Source: an uncultured Alphaproteobacteria bacterium (lineage in GTDB: Bacteria > Pseudomonadota > Alphaproteobacteria > HIMB59 > GCA-002718135). Taken from it: DNA of 64,000 nt. The notes under the pieces are model-generated. The model was given only the letters and a program-made list of their open reading frames with translations, was not told the DNA's origin and did no database searches. Positions 45,584 to 55,006 of the stretch are shown here, one piece after another (positions within the stretch are counted from its first letter, which is position 1; each line of letters starts with the position of its first letter). Where the stretch lies: contig CABXSY010000004.1 of NCBI GenBank assembly GCA_902514875.1, forward strand, positions 16,890-80,889. The letters are read 5' to 3'. The position numbers were made by a program, and so were the translations under genes.

Positions 45584-46189
45584 TTATAATTGTATTTCTT
45601 CTGTCACGTAAATCCCTGGATTTTGATGTGAACTAAAAATTATAGAACCTTCTTTTGCACAATGATCTGCAAAAGTCTGTTTTAATAATTCAATTGAATC
45701 TTCATCTAAATTTGAAAGAGGCTCATCTAAAATCCAAACATTTTTATTTTCTATAATTAATCTTAAAAATTCTAATTTTTTAGTTTCTCCAAAAGATATT
45801 TCTCCTACTTTTTTATTTAGGTATTTATCTAATTTTAAGGTTTTTAATGCTGTTTCAATTTGAGCATCATTAATTTTTGAAATAAAAAATTTTTTCCAAA
45901 TATTAATATTATCTTTGATGGTTAATTTTTTTAAGCTTGATGTTGTGTCTGCAATATATGTAACATGGTTATAGAAATCATATAAATTTTTATTTAATAA
46001 CTTCCCTTTCCAATATATTGATCCAAATGAAGGTTCTATTATATTTAATAATGCCTTTAATAGTGTAGTTTTGCCTGAACCATTTTTACCTTTTAAGATG
46101 GTAATATTTCCAGGCGTAAGTGAGAGATTAACATTCTCAAATATTTTTTTATCTAATCTCTCTACTGACAAATCTTTAACAATTATCAT
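45584..46189 (-). CDS. ccmA: Heme exporter ATP-binding protein CcmA
   Basis: GKNGSGKTTLLK Walker A, ISFGETKKLEF signature-like motif, WILDEP Walker B. Confidence 0.9.
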   Translation of the reverse strand: MIIVKDLSVERLDKKIFENVNLSLTPGNITILKGKNGSGKTTLLKALLNIIEPSFGSIYWKGKLLNKNLYDFYNHVTYIADTTSSLKKLTIKDNINIWKKFFISKINDAQIETALKTLKLDKYLNKKVGEISFGETKKLEFLRLIIENKNVWILDEPLSNLDEDSIELLKQTFADHCAKEGSIIFSSHQNPGIYVTEEIQL

Positions 46190-46231
46190 TATTAAGATCT
46201 AATTATTTTTTGATTTAAAACAATAAAAAAA

Positions 46232-46248
46232 ACGGGGCAGAACCCCGT
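46232..46248 (-). terminator. Rho-independent terminator after the Lys-rich repeat gene
   Basis: ACGGGG-CAGAA-CCCCGT hairpin. An A8 run on plus becomes a T-run after the stem on the minus strand (also T5 on plus). Confidence 0.8.
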
Positions 46249-46323
46249 CTTTTTATCTTTTGCTTAAAAAGATAAGAAAAAGAAAACTTTATAAAAAAGC
46301 TTTCATGAAAATTTAAAGAGATA

Positions 46324-46467
46324 CTATCTCTTCTTTTTTTTCTTTGCGGCTTTTTTCTTTTTCTTAGGAGCAGCTTTTTTCTTTTTCTTAGGAGCTGCTT
46401 TCTTTTTTTTCTTAGGAGCTGCTTTTTTCTTTTTCTTTGGAGCAGCTTTCTTTTTCTTCTTAGCCAT
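46324..46467 (-). CDS. 47-aa hyper-basic repeat protein MA(KKKKKAAP)4KKKKKAAKKKKKR (histone H1-like/Lys-rich)
   Basis: Internal ATG at 46467 preceded by AAGGAG (46479-46474) with a 6-nt spacer. Followed by a terminator. The longer ORF-track start at 46557 has no such signal. Confidence 0.65.
   Translation of the reverse strand: MAKKKKKAAPKKKKKAAPKKKKKAAPKKKKKAAPKKKKKAAKKKKKR
46330..46461 (-). repeat. 24-nt tandem repeat (about 5.5 units) encoding KKKKKAAP
   Basis: Direct reading: CTTAGGAGC(A/T)GC(T)n-CTTTTT(C/T) units repeated head-to-tail. Confidence 0.9.
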
Positions 46468-46764
46468 AAAATACTCCTTGTATTTTGTTACCCCGGAGGA
46501 ACCTCCCTCCATTATCACTAAGGCGATAATTATAAAAGGCTGAGTATTTATTCCCAAAACTTACGGTTAAAGTCAACAATATACCTATATTTTAAAATTA
46601 ATTTGAATTTAAATTTAATTACAGTTTTTTAAAAATCTTAATATAAAAAATTAATAACTTATTTTTTTATTTTTTCGCAGAAAACTAATAATAAATAAAC
46701 ATTTTGCTATACAAAATTTTATCTTCATACTATTTAATTATTATAATAATTTATTAAGTTTATC

Positions 46765-49407
46765 ATGAAAAATACAAATTCTTTTAATTCAGAAGATACA
46801 ATTGAAATAAATCATAAAAAATTTAAATATTTTGATTTAAATAAGGCGGCTGAGTATTTTCAGACTGATATTAGTAAAACTCCAATTTCAATTAAAATAA
46901 TAATTGAAAATCTTCTTAGAAATGAAGATGGAGAGAATATTACTAAAGACATGATTACTAAAGTTTTCTCTTCTTTAAAACAAACTAATAAAAGTAGAGA
47001 AAAAATTGAAATATCTTTCTTCCCAACACGTGTATTAATGCAGGATTTTACAGGTGTGCCTGCTGTTGCAGACCTTGCAGCCATGAGAAATGCATTAAAA
47101 TCAAGAGGGATTGAACCAAAAAAAATAAATCCTTTATCCAGGGTTGATCTGGTTATTGATCACTCTGTTATGGTAGATAACTATAAAGACAATAATGCAC
47201 TAAGAGAAAATGTTAGAAAGGAATTTGATAGAAACAAAGAAAGATATGAATTTCTAAAATGGGGACAAAGTTCTTTTGATAACTTTTATCTTGTGCCTCC
47301 TGGTGCAGGAATTTGCCATCAAGTAAATCTAGAAAATATCGCTAAGACTGTGTGGTTGAAGGAAATTAATAAACAAAAATATTTATTTCCAGACTCTGTG
47401 GTAGGAACTGATAGTCATACAACAATGGTCAATTCTCTCTCTGTTTTAGGATGGGGGGTTGGAGGAATAGAAGCTGAGGCAGCTATGTTAGGTCAACCAA
47501 TTTCAATGAATATTCCAGATGTAATTGGTTTTGAGCTTAATGGTTCCTTGAAAGAAGGAATTACAGCAACAGATTTAGTTTTATCTATTACTAAAATTCT
47601 TAGAGACAAAGGCGTTGTAGGTAAATTTGTAGAATTTTATGGAAAAGGTTTAAAGAATTTATCTTTAGCAGATAGGGCTACAATTTCTAATATGGCTCCA
47701 GAATATGGTGCAACGTGTGGATTTTTTCCAACGGATGAAGAAACTATTAATTATCTTAAATTAACTGGTAAAGAAAATGAGCATCTTAATATCGTTGAAG
47801 AATATTCAAAAAAACAAACTCTTTGGGCAGATGATAATTATTCGCCAGTTTTTTCTGACAAAATATTATTAGATTTAGATACAGTCGAACCCACTCTAGC
47901 TGGCCCAAAAAGACCTCAAGATAAAATTCTTTTAAAAGAAGTTCCAAATGAATTTAGCAAGATAGACAACAAAAAAATTATAAATCAGAATGAATTAAAT
48001 ACAGGTGATGTTGTAATAGCAGCTATTACTAGTTGTACTAACACATCTAATCCTAATGTTATGATTGCAGCAGGACTAGTTGCTAAAAAAGCTATTGATT
48101 ATGGTTTAAAGGTAAAACCTTGGGTCAAGACAAGCTTAGCCCCAGGTAGTAAAGTTGTTAGTGACTATCTAGACAAAGCAGGATTAACAGAATATCTTGA
48201 TATCTTAGGATTCAATACCGTTGGCTATGGATGCACAACTTGTATTGGCAACTCTGGTCCCTTAGATCAGTGGGTATCTAATGAAATTAAAAAAAATAAC
48301 TTAACTGTTTGTTCAGTTTTATCTGGAAATAGAAATTTTGAAGGCAGAGTACACCAAGAAGTGAAAGCAAATTTTCTTGCCTCACCTCCTCTTGTTGTCG
48401 CATATGCTATAGCAGGTAATATTAATGTTAACCTTACAACTGATTCCCTTGGTAAATCTAAATCTGGAAAAGAGATATTTTTAAAAGACTTATGGCCTTC
48501 AAATCAAGATGTCAATCAAACACTTAACGAGTGTTTAACTCCAAAAATGTTTAAAGAAAGATATAAAGAAATTTATAAAGGTGATGATAACTGGAAATCA
48601 ATTAACAGTTCCAGAAATACCACTTACGACTGGAACGATACTAGCACTTATATAAAGCACCCACCTTTCTTTGATGTGCAAAATAAATTTGATTTAAATG
48701 ATATAAAAGAGGCAAGAATATTAGCATTGCTTGGTGATAGTGTAACAACAGATCATATTTCTCCTGCTGGAAGTATCAAGGAAGACAGTCCAGCTGGCCA
48801 CTACTTAACAGACAGACAAATTAATTCTAGAAATTTCAATTCCTATGGTTCAAGGCGTGGTAATCATGAAATTATGATGAGAGGAACATTTGCAAATATA
48901 AGAATCAAAAATCAAATTTTAGATAATGTTGAGGGAGGCTATACTAAATCATTTATCTCAAATAAACAAACTTCGATTTATGAAGCAGCGCAAGAGTATA
49001 TAAAAAACAACATTGATACAGTAATAATAGCAGGTAAGGAATATGGTACTGGATCATCAAGGGATTGGGCAGCTAAGGGCACAAGACTATTAGGAGTAAG
49101 AGCGGTTATTGCTGAAAGTTTTGAGAGAATTCATAGATCAAATTTAATTGGAATGGGAGTTTTACCTCTTGAATTCACCCAAACAGAAAACAAAGAAAAT
49201 CTAAATATTAAAGGCGAAGAAACTATAACTATATCTGGTTTAGCTGAACTAAAGCCTGGAATAATTCTTAATTGTGAAATTAATGCAGCAAAAACTAAAG
49301 TTATAAGTTTAAAGTGTAGAATAGATACAAACAAAGAATTAGAATACTACAAAGCTGGAGGAATTTTAAACTACGTTTTAAATGAAATAATATCAGAAGC
49401 CGCTTAA
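46765..49407 (+). CDS. acnA: Aconitate hydratase A
   Basis: 880 aa, IRP/AcnA-type. ITSCTNTSNP, GCTTCIGNSG and SGNRNFEGR Fe-S ligand motifs. Confidence 0.96.
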   Translation: MKNTNSFNSEDTIEINHKKFKYFDLNKAAEYFQTDISKTPISIKIIIENLLRNEDGENITKDMITKVFSSLKQTNKSREKIEISFFPTRVLMQDFTGVPAVADLAAMRNALKSRGIEPKKINPLSRVDLVIDHSVMVDNYKDNNALRENVRKEFDRNKERYEFLKWGQSSFDNFYLVPPGAGICHQVNLENIAKTVWLKEINKQKYLFPDSVVGTDSHTTMVNSLSVLGWGVGGIEAEAAMLGQPISMNIPDVIGFELNGSLKEGITATDLVLSITKILRDKGVVGKFVEFYGKGLKNLSLADRATISNMAPEYGATCGFFPTDEETINYLKLTGKENEHLNIVEEYSKKQTLWADDNYSPVFSDKILLDLDTVEPTLAGPKRPQDKILLKEVPNEFSKIDNKKIINQNELNTGDVVIAAITSCTNTSNPNVMIAAGLVAKKAIDYGLKVKPWVKTSLAPGSKVVSDYLDKAGLTEYLDILGFNTVGYGCTTCIGNSGPLDQWVSNEIKKNNLTVCSVLSGNRNFEGRVHQEVKANFLASPPLVVAYAIAGNINVNLTTDSLGKSKSGKEIFLKDLWPSNQDVNQTLNECLTPKMFKERYKEIYKGDDNWKSINSSRNTTYDWNDTSTYIKHPPFFDVQNKFDLNDIKEARILALLGDSVTTDHISPAGSIKEDSPAGHYLTDRQINSRNFNSYGSRRGNHEIMMRGTFANIRIKNQILDNVEGGYTKSFISNKQTSIYEAAQEYIKNNIDTVIIAGKEYGTGSSRDWAAKGTRLLGVRAVIAESFERIHRSNLIGMGVLPLEFTQTENKENLNIKGEETITISGLAELKPGIILNCEINAAKTKVISLKCRIDTNKELEYYKAGGILNYVLNEIISEAA

Positions 49408-49412
49408 TCTTA

Positions 49413-51950
49413 ATGTCTAATAAAGATGAAAACTTATTAGCTATTCTTGGGCCTACTAATACTGGAAAAACCTATACAGCGTTTGAAAAACTTTTCTCAT
49501 ATTCTACAGGCATTTTTGGTTTTCCACTAAGATTACTAGCTAGAGAGAACTATGATAAAGCAGTAAAAAGAATTGGACTTAACAATGTAGCATTAATAAC
49601 AGGTGAAGAAAAAATTCTTCCAAAAGAAGCAAAATATTTTTTTTGTACTGTTGAGTCAATGCCTAAAAATATTTCTGTTGATTGCATAATAATTGATGAA
49701 GTTCAATTGGCAGCAGATTATGAAAGAGGACATATCTTTACTGATAGGATTTTAAATTTAAGGGGAAATTTTATAACTATCTTTTTAGGATCACTAAATA
49801 TTGAAAAAATACTTAAAAAAATTTATCCAAATATTATAATAGAGAAAAAAAAAAGATTTTCTCAACTTTCATTTCTGAGAAAACAAAATTTTTCTAAACT
49901 CGAACCAAGATCAGCTATAATTGCATTTAATATTAACAAAGTTTATGAAATTGCTGAAAATATTAGAACACATAAAGGTGGAACTGCTGTAGTTTTAGGT
50001 TCACTAAGTCCCAGAACTAGGAATGCTCAAGTAGAAGTATATGAAAATAAAAACGTAGATTATCTAGTAGCAACAGATGCTATTGGAATGGGCTTAAATC
50101 TTAATATTAATCATATAAGTTTTTCTGCACTAGAAAAATTTGATGGGAGATATAATCGTAATCTTGCTCCAAATGAACTAGGTCAAATTGCAGGTAGAGC
50201 AGGTAGATACAAACAAGATGGAACTTTTAGTCATACTAAAGAAGCAGGAAATTTAGATCCATTGATTATACAACAGATAGAAACACACAACTTTGATAAT
50301 ATTCAAAAAATTTATTGGAGAAATAGTGATTTAGATTTTAATTCAATAGATGCATTATTATCATCATTAAAAAAATATCCCATTCATAACTATTTTATAC
50401 ATAAAAAAAATGCTTTAGACGAACTTAATCTTCGTAATTTAATTAATGATAGTGAAGTAAAGAAATTACTTATATCAAAAAAAAATTTAAAGTTATTGTG
50501 GGAGGTATGTCAGGTTCCAGATTTTGAAAAACTTTTTAATGATAGTTATTTATTACTTTTAAAAGATATATATCTTATTTTAATTAATAATAAATATAAT
50601 ATACCTGAAGAATGGATTGATAAGAAGATCGGTAAACTTAATAATTTTGGCGTAGGTATACCTGAGCTTTCAATTAAAATTTCTCAGATACGAACATGGA
50701 CATACATATCAAATAATCATAACTGGTTAAAAAATACATACTATTGGAAAGAAAAAACTCAGCAGATAGAAAATGAATTATCTGATCAACTACATAATAG
50801 TCTTACAAAAAAATTTATAGATTATTCTTCAAAATTTTTTATAAGACAAGAGAAATTTCAAAATATTCAAGATATACTTAAAAAAAATAACAACGAAATT
50901 TTTTTAGATGATAATAAATATGGTGTTATAAAAGGTTTTGATCTTATTGAGGGCAAAAAAATATTTTCACAATCTCTTTTTTCGATTAGTAATATAAAAA
51001 AAACAGTAAGAAATATGATTAATGAAAAAGTAGATAGTTTTCTAAGTGCCCCACTTGATTCAATTAAGTTTGGTGACATCAGTAATTCTAAAATAAAAGA
51101 TGAAACTTTTATTTATTGGGGAGATGAGAGTATTGGTAAATTAAAGAAAGGTAAATCGATATATAGACCTATAGCTGAGGCTTTGAATTCTGAGTATTTA
51201 TCTTCAGAAAATAAATTATTGATTTCTGCTAAGCTACAAAAATGGTTAGAGAATGAAATAAATGATAACCTATATCCTTTAAATAAAAACCTAGATGAAG
51301 GTATTAATTCTGAAATTAGAGCAATTGCTTTTAATTGTATTGAAAATTTTGGAAATTACCCAGTAGAAAAATTCAAAGGTATTCTCAAAGGAATCACTCA
51401 AGATAGTAAGTTGCAGCTTACCAAATTAGGAATAAGGATAGGAGCAAAATATTTTTTTACACCAAGTCTATTAAAGAAAAAACCTCTTGAAATTTGTGCA
51501 ATCCTATGGAAAACTTTTTATGGAAAGGACATTGACAATTATCTACCACTTCCACAAAATGGTAGAGTATCATTTACATCAGAAATTAAAATACCTGATC
51601 ATTATTGGAAATCAATTGGATATATTAATATTAAAAATTTTTTATTCAGAATAGATGTGTTTGAAAAAATTTTTTTTCTTGCAAGACAAAAAATTAAAAA
51701 AGGTCCTTTTCTAGAATCTTCAGACCTTATGAATCCTATTGGATGCAACAGTGAACAGTTAAAAGATATTATGAAATTTTGCGGTTACGATTATGTTACT
51801 ATTTCTGATGAAAAAAAATTATTTTTCTTAAATAATAAGAAAAAAGAAACAAAAAAAAATAATAGTAAAAATAAAAACAAAAAAAATAATGACAATACTT
51901 TAAAGAAAGATCCCAATTCTCCCTTTGCAGTTTTAGAGAAACTTCTTTAA
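49413..51950 (+). CDS. SUV3-like ATP-dependent (RNA) helicase with long C-terminal extension
   Basis: GPTNTGKTYTA Walker A, IIDEVQL, VATDAIGMGLNL, QIAGRAGR. Lys/Asn-rich tail. Confidence 0.8.
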   Translation: MSNKDENLLAILGPTNTGKTYTAFEKLFSYSTGIFGFPLRLLARENYDKAVKRIGLNNVALITGEEKILPKEAKYFFCTVESMPKNISVDCIIIDEVQLAADYERGHIFTDRILNLRGNFITIFLGSLNIEKILKKIYPNIIIEKKKRFSQLSFLRKQNFSKLEPRSAIIAFNINKVYEIAENIRTHKGGTAVVLGSLSPRTRNAQVEVYENKNVDYLVATDAIGMGLNLNINHISFSALEKFDGRYNRNLAPNELGQIAGRAGRYKQDGTFSHTKEAGNLDPLIIQQIETHNFDNIQKIYWRNSDLDFNSIDALLSSLKKYPIHNYFIHKKNALDELNLRNLINDSEVKKLLISKKNLKLLWEVCQVPDFEKLFNDSYLLLLKDIYLILINNKYNIPEEWIDKKIGKLNNFGVGIPELSIKISQIRTWTYISNNHNWLKNTYYWKEKTQQIENELSDQLHNSLTKKFIDYSSKFFIRQEKFQNIQDILKKNNNEIFLDDNKYGVIKGFDLIEGKKIFSQSLFSISNIKKTVRNMINEKVDSFLSAPLDSIKFGDISNSKIKDETFIYWGDESIGKLKKGKSIYRPIAEALNSEYLSSENKLLISAKLQKWLENEINDNLYPLNKNLDEGINSEIRAIAFNCIENFGNYPVEKFKGILKGITQDSKLQLTKLGIRIGAKYFFTPSLLKKKPLEICAILWKTFYGKDIDNYLPLPQNGRVSFTSEIKIPDHYWKSIGYINIKNFLFRIDVFEKIFFLARQKIKKGPFLESSDLMNPIGCNSEQLKDIMKFCGYDYVTISDEKKLFFLNNKKKETKKNNSKNKNKKNNDNTLKKDPNSPFAVLEKLL

Positions 51951-51972
51951 TAGTATTTTAAAAGGTAAAAAA

Positions 51973-52419
51973 TTGATAAATTTATTAAAAAATGTTTTAA
52001 ATTATAAAAAATCTAAGGATGATAAAGAAGATACTAAAAATCTTGAATTAATTTGTGGATTAATGATTGAAGCTGCATATACCGATGGAACAATAGGAGA
52101 AAACGAGTTAAATAAAATTAAATTTAGTTTGATTAATGTTTTCGATGAAAATGAAGAAGAAGTTGACTTGGTTTTAAATGAGGCAATAAAAAATAAAAAT
52201 AACTCTAAGTCTCTTCACTATTATACATCTTTTATTAATAAAAATTTTGAAAGTGATAAAAAACTTCTTCTTATAGAAGCTTTATGGGAAATTGTGTTAT
52301 CTGACGGAGAAATTCATGATTTTGAGTCAAATCTTATTAGAAGGCTTGCTGGATTACTTTATATTTCTGATGTAAACTCTGGAAATGCAAGAAAAAGGGC
52401 TCTAAATAAAAATTCATAA
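51973..52419 (+). CDS. TerB-family (tellurite-resistance-like) protein, TTG start
   Basis: [34 protein letters not shown], a typical TerB motif. Confidence 0.7.
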   Translation: MINLLKNVLNYKKSKDDKEDTKNLELICGLMIEAAYTDGTIGENELNKIKFSLINVFDENEEEVDLVLNEAIKNKNNSKSLHYYTSFINKNFESDKKLLLIEALWEIVLSDGEIHDFESNLIRRLAGLLYISDVNSGNARKRALNKNS

Positions 52420-52423
52420 TGTT

Positions 52424-52756
52424 ATGACATATGTAGTCGATGAAAAGTGTATTAAATGTAAACACATGGATTGCGTAGATGTTTGTCCAGTGGATTGTTT
52501 TTACGAAGGTGAAAATATGCTCGTAATACATCCTGATGAATGTATTGACTGCGGTGTATGTGAGCCAGAATGTCCAGCTGAGGCAATTTTATCAGACACA
52601 GAGGACGGAATAGAAAAATGGGCTGAAATTAATAGAAAATATTCAGAAATTTGGCCTAATATAAATGAAAAAAAAGACCCCCCGCCAGATGCAGAAAAAT
52701 GGCAAAATGTTAAAGATAAATATAATAAGTATTTTAGTGAAAAACCAGGAAGATAA
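52424..52756 (+). CDS. fdxA: 7Fe ferredoxin (3Fe-4S plus 4Fe-4S)
   Basis: [18 protein letters not shown] ... [12 protein letters not shown]. Confidence 0.93.
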   Translation: MTYVVDEKCIKCKHMDCVDVCPVDCFYEGENMLVIHPDECIDCGVCEPECPAEAILSDTEDGIEKWAEINRKYSEIWPNINEKKDPPPDAEKWQNVKDKYNKYFSEKPGR

Positions 52757-53260
52757 ATGAAAACAAAAAAAAATTCAGAATTAAAAATAGGAGAAATTGT
52801 AGTTTATCCCAAGCATGGTGTAGGTGAAATTGTAAAAATAGAAACTATGGAAATATCAAATATTAAAACAAGTTTTTATGTTGTCAAAATGGAGCAATCC
52901 AAATTAACAATAAGAGTCCCACTCGATAAAAAAAACGAGGTTGGCTTAAGAAAAATTTCTTCAAAAAAAATTATAGAAGAAGTTTATTCTACATTAAAGT
53001 TAAAACCAAAAATAAGAAGAATAATGTGGAGTAGAAGAGCACAAGAATACGAAACAAAAATTTTCTCTGGTGATCCAATTAAAATTTCTGAAGTAGTTAG
53101 AGATTTATATAGAAAAAGTAGTCAAGCAGAACAATCTTATAGTGAGAGACAAATGTTTCAGGTCGCAATAGAACGTTTAGCAAGAGAAGTAGCTGCAGTT
53201 GAAAAAACAGATTATTTTCAATCAACAGAAAAAATTGAACAAATATTAAGTACAAAATAA
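52757..53260 (+). CDS. carD: CarD family transcriptional regulator
   Basis: VVYPKHGVGEIVKIE N-terminal Tudor-like motif, ~167 aa. Confidence 0.9.
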   Translation: MKTKKNSELKIGEIVVYPKHGVGEIVKIETMEISNIKTSFYVVKMEQSKLTIRVPLDKKNEVGLRKISSKKIIEEVYSTLKLKPKIRRIMWSRRAQEYETKIFSGDPIKISEVVRDLYRKSSQAEQSYSERQMFQVAIERLAREVAAVEKTDYFQSTEKIEQILSTK

Positions 53261-53264
53261 TATT

Positions 53265-54077
53265 TTGGATAAAGTCAGTAATTTTGTAGAATTAAAAGAA
53301 ACAAGCAAAATATGGGCTATTGGCTCAATACATTCAAATTTAAAATCATTTAGTGCAATAAAAAAATATATTTTAAATCATTTTAAAAATAGTGATAAAT
53401 TAATTTTTCTTGGCAATGTAATTGGATTAGGAGATAGCTCAAAAGAGACTCTATCTAGCGTTATTGATTTAAGATTTAAATTAATGTCTAAATTCAAACT
53501 CAAACCTGAGTCAATTGTATTTTTACGAGGTGCCCAAGAAGAGATGTTTAGCAAGTTATTGCAATTACAACTTGCCCCTAACCCAATAGAAATTCTTGAA
53601 TGGATGTTTGAGCATGGAGTTAACAAAACAATCGAATCATATGGTTTTTCAGAGAATGAGATTAAAAGTTTAGCTTCTTCAGGAACTATTAATATATCGA
53701 AATGGACATCTTCCTTGAATAAAACTATAAAGGATAATCCTGGACATATTGAGTATTTTTTAAATTTAAAGCATGCTGCATACTCTCATACAAAAAAAAT
53801 ATTATTTGTTAATAGGGGGGTTGATATAACTAGACCTCTATCAGCTCAAAATGATTGTTTTTGGTGGGGCTTTCAAAATTTTTCAACAATTCAAAATCCT
53901 TATAATACATTTTTGAGGATTGTTAGAGGATATGAGTCTGAACATTTAAATCAATCTCAAAATTCAAAAAATAATGTAGTTTGTACTTTATTTAAACAGC
54001 CTCTATCTAACAAAAATGTTTTATGTGGAATATTTACAGAAAATGGAGAAATTTTAGATTTATTTGAAAATAATTGA
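53265..54077 (+). CDS. Metallophosphoesterase-fold (PPP/ApaH-like) protein with substituted catalytic residues; TTG start
   Basis: Motif-by-motif alignment: GSIHS(GDxHG), GNVIGLG(GDxxDRG), RGAQE(GNHE), FVNRG(HAG), RGYE(GHT). Confidence 0.55.
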   Translation: MDKVSNFVELKETSKIWAIGSIHSNLKSFSAIKKYILNHFKNSDKLIFLGNVIGLGDSSKETLSSVIDLRFKLMSKFKLKPESIVFLRGAQEEMFSKLLQLQLAPNPIEILEWMFEHGVNKTIESYGFSENEIKSLASSGTINISKWTSSLNKTIKDNPGHIEYFLNLKHAAYSHTKKILFVNRGVDITRPLSAQNDCFWWGFQNFSTIQNPYNTFLRIVRGYESEHLNQSQNSKNNVVCTLFKQPLSNKNVLCGIFTENGEILDLFENN

Positions 54078-54108
54078 TCTATTTTAATTATTTTACGTAT
54101 AAATAATT

Positions 54109-54975
54109 ATGACATCAAAAAATTTTTTCTTTTCTAACAATCTAATAGAACTATCAAAAAAAGCATCAATTCTTGAAAAAGATGAGGAATTTGAGTTAAT
54201 AAATGATTGGAGAGACAACAAAACTCCCCGATCACTTCAAAAAATTCTTAATTCATATCTTCGTTTAGCCGTTTCTTATGCAAGAAGATATTCCAGTTAT
54301 GGCTTACCAATTGATGATTTAATTCATGAGGGAGTTCTTGGCATAATGCACGCACTTGAAAAATTTGATACTTCTAAAGATTTTAGACTTTCAACCTACG
54401 CTTCATGGTGGATTAGAGCATCAATACAAGATTATATTTTAAAGAACTGGTCAGTAGTTCGTACTGGATCTACAGCATCTCAAAAAGCACTATTTTTTAA
54501 TCTAAAAAAAATCAAACAACAGATTAATGATGTGTCAAGAGAATTCATGGGTCAAAATGAAATAAACAAAGTTTCTAATATGCTTAATGTCAAATCTATT
54601 GATGTTCAAAATATGGAGTCTAGGCTTACTGGGGGAGATGTTCATTTAAATCAAAAAGTTGATCATGATACAGAAAATGACTTAATGAGTTTACTCGCTG
54701 ATGAAAGACAAAATCCTGAAGAAACTTTTGAAGAATTTAACGATAAAAATATTAAAAAAGATTTTATTAATAAAGCTATAGATACTTTAAATGAAAGAGA
54801 AAAGATCATTATTCGTTTAAGAAAATTTAGAGAAAAGAGTATAACATTGGACGAACTAGGTCAAAAGTTAAAAATTAGTAAAGAGAGAGTTAGACAAATA
54901 GAAACGAAAGCATTAGATAAACTTAAAAAATCTCTATTAGAAATTTCAAATCAAAATAAAGAATTTTTTATTTGA
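54109..54975 (+). CDS. rpoH: RNA polymerase sigma-32 heat-shock factor
   Basis: RpoH box QKALFFNLKK; regions 2 and 4 present. Confidence 0.92.
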   Translation: MTSKNFFFSNNLIELSKKASILEKDEEFELINDWRDNKTPRSLQKILNSYLRLAVSYARRYSSYGLPIDDLIHEGVLGIMHALEKFDTSKDFRLSTYASWWIRASIQDYILKNWSVVRTGSTASQKALFFNLKKIKQQINDVSREFMGQNEINKVSNMLNVKSIDVQNMESRLTGGDVHLNQKVDHDTENDLMSLLADERQNPEETFEEFNDKNIKKDFINKAIDTLNEREKIIIRLRKFREKSITLDELGQKLKISKERVRQIETKALDKLKKSLLEISNQNKEFFI

Positions 54976-55006
54976 TAGCAATACCAAATAATTATAATAT
55001 AAACTT

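Noticed and set aside
46330-46461. Regular 24-nt repeats that could superficially suggest a CRISPR-like array
   Set aside because: The repeats are contiguous with no spacers, are in frame, and encode KKKKKAAP. This is a coding tandem repeat, and no cas genes are present.
46468-46557. N-terminal 30-aa extension (MGINTQPFIIIALVIMEGGSSGVTKYKEYF) of the Lys-rich ORF as given in the track
   Set aside because: There is no ribosome-binding site at that start, whereas the internal ATG at 46467 has a canonical AAGGAG. The extension reads like translated leader RNA.
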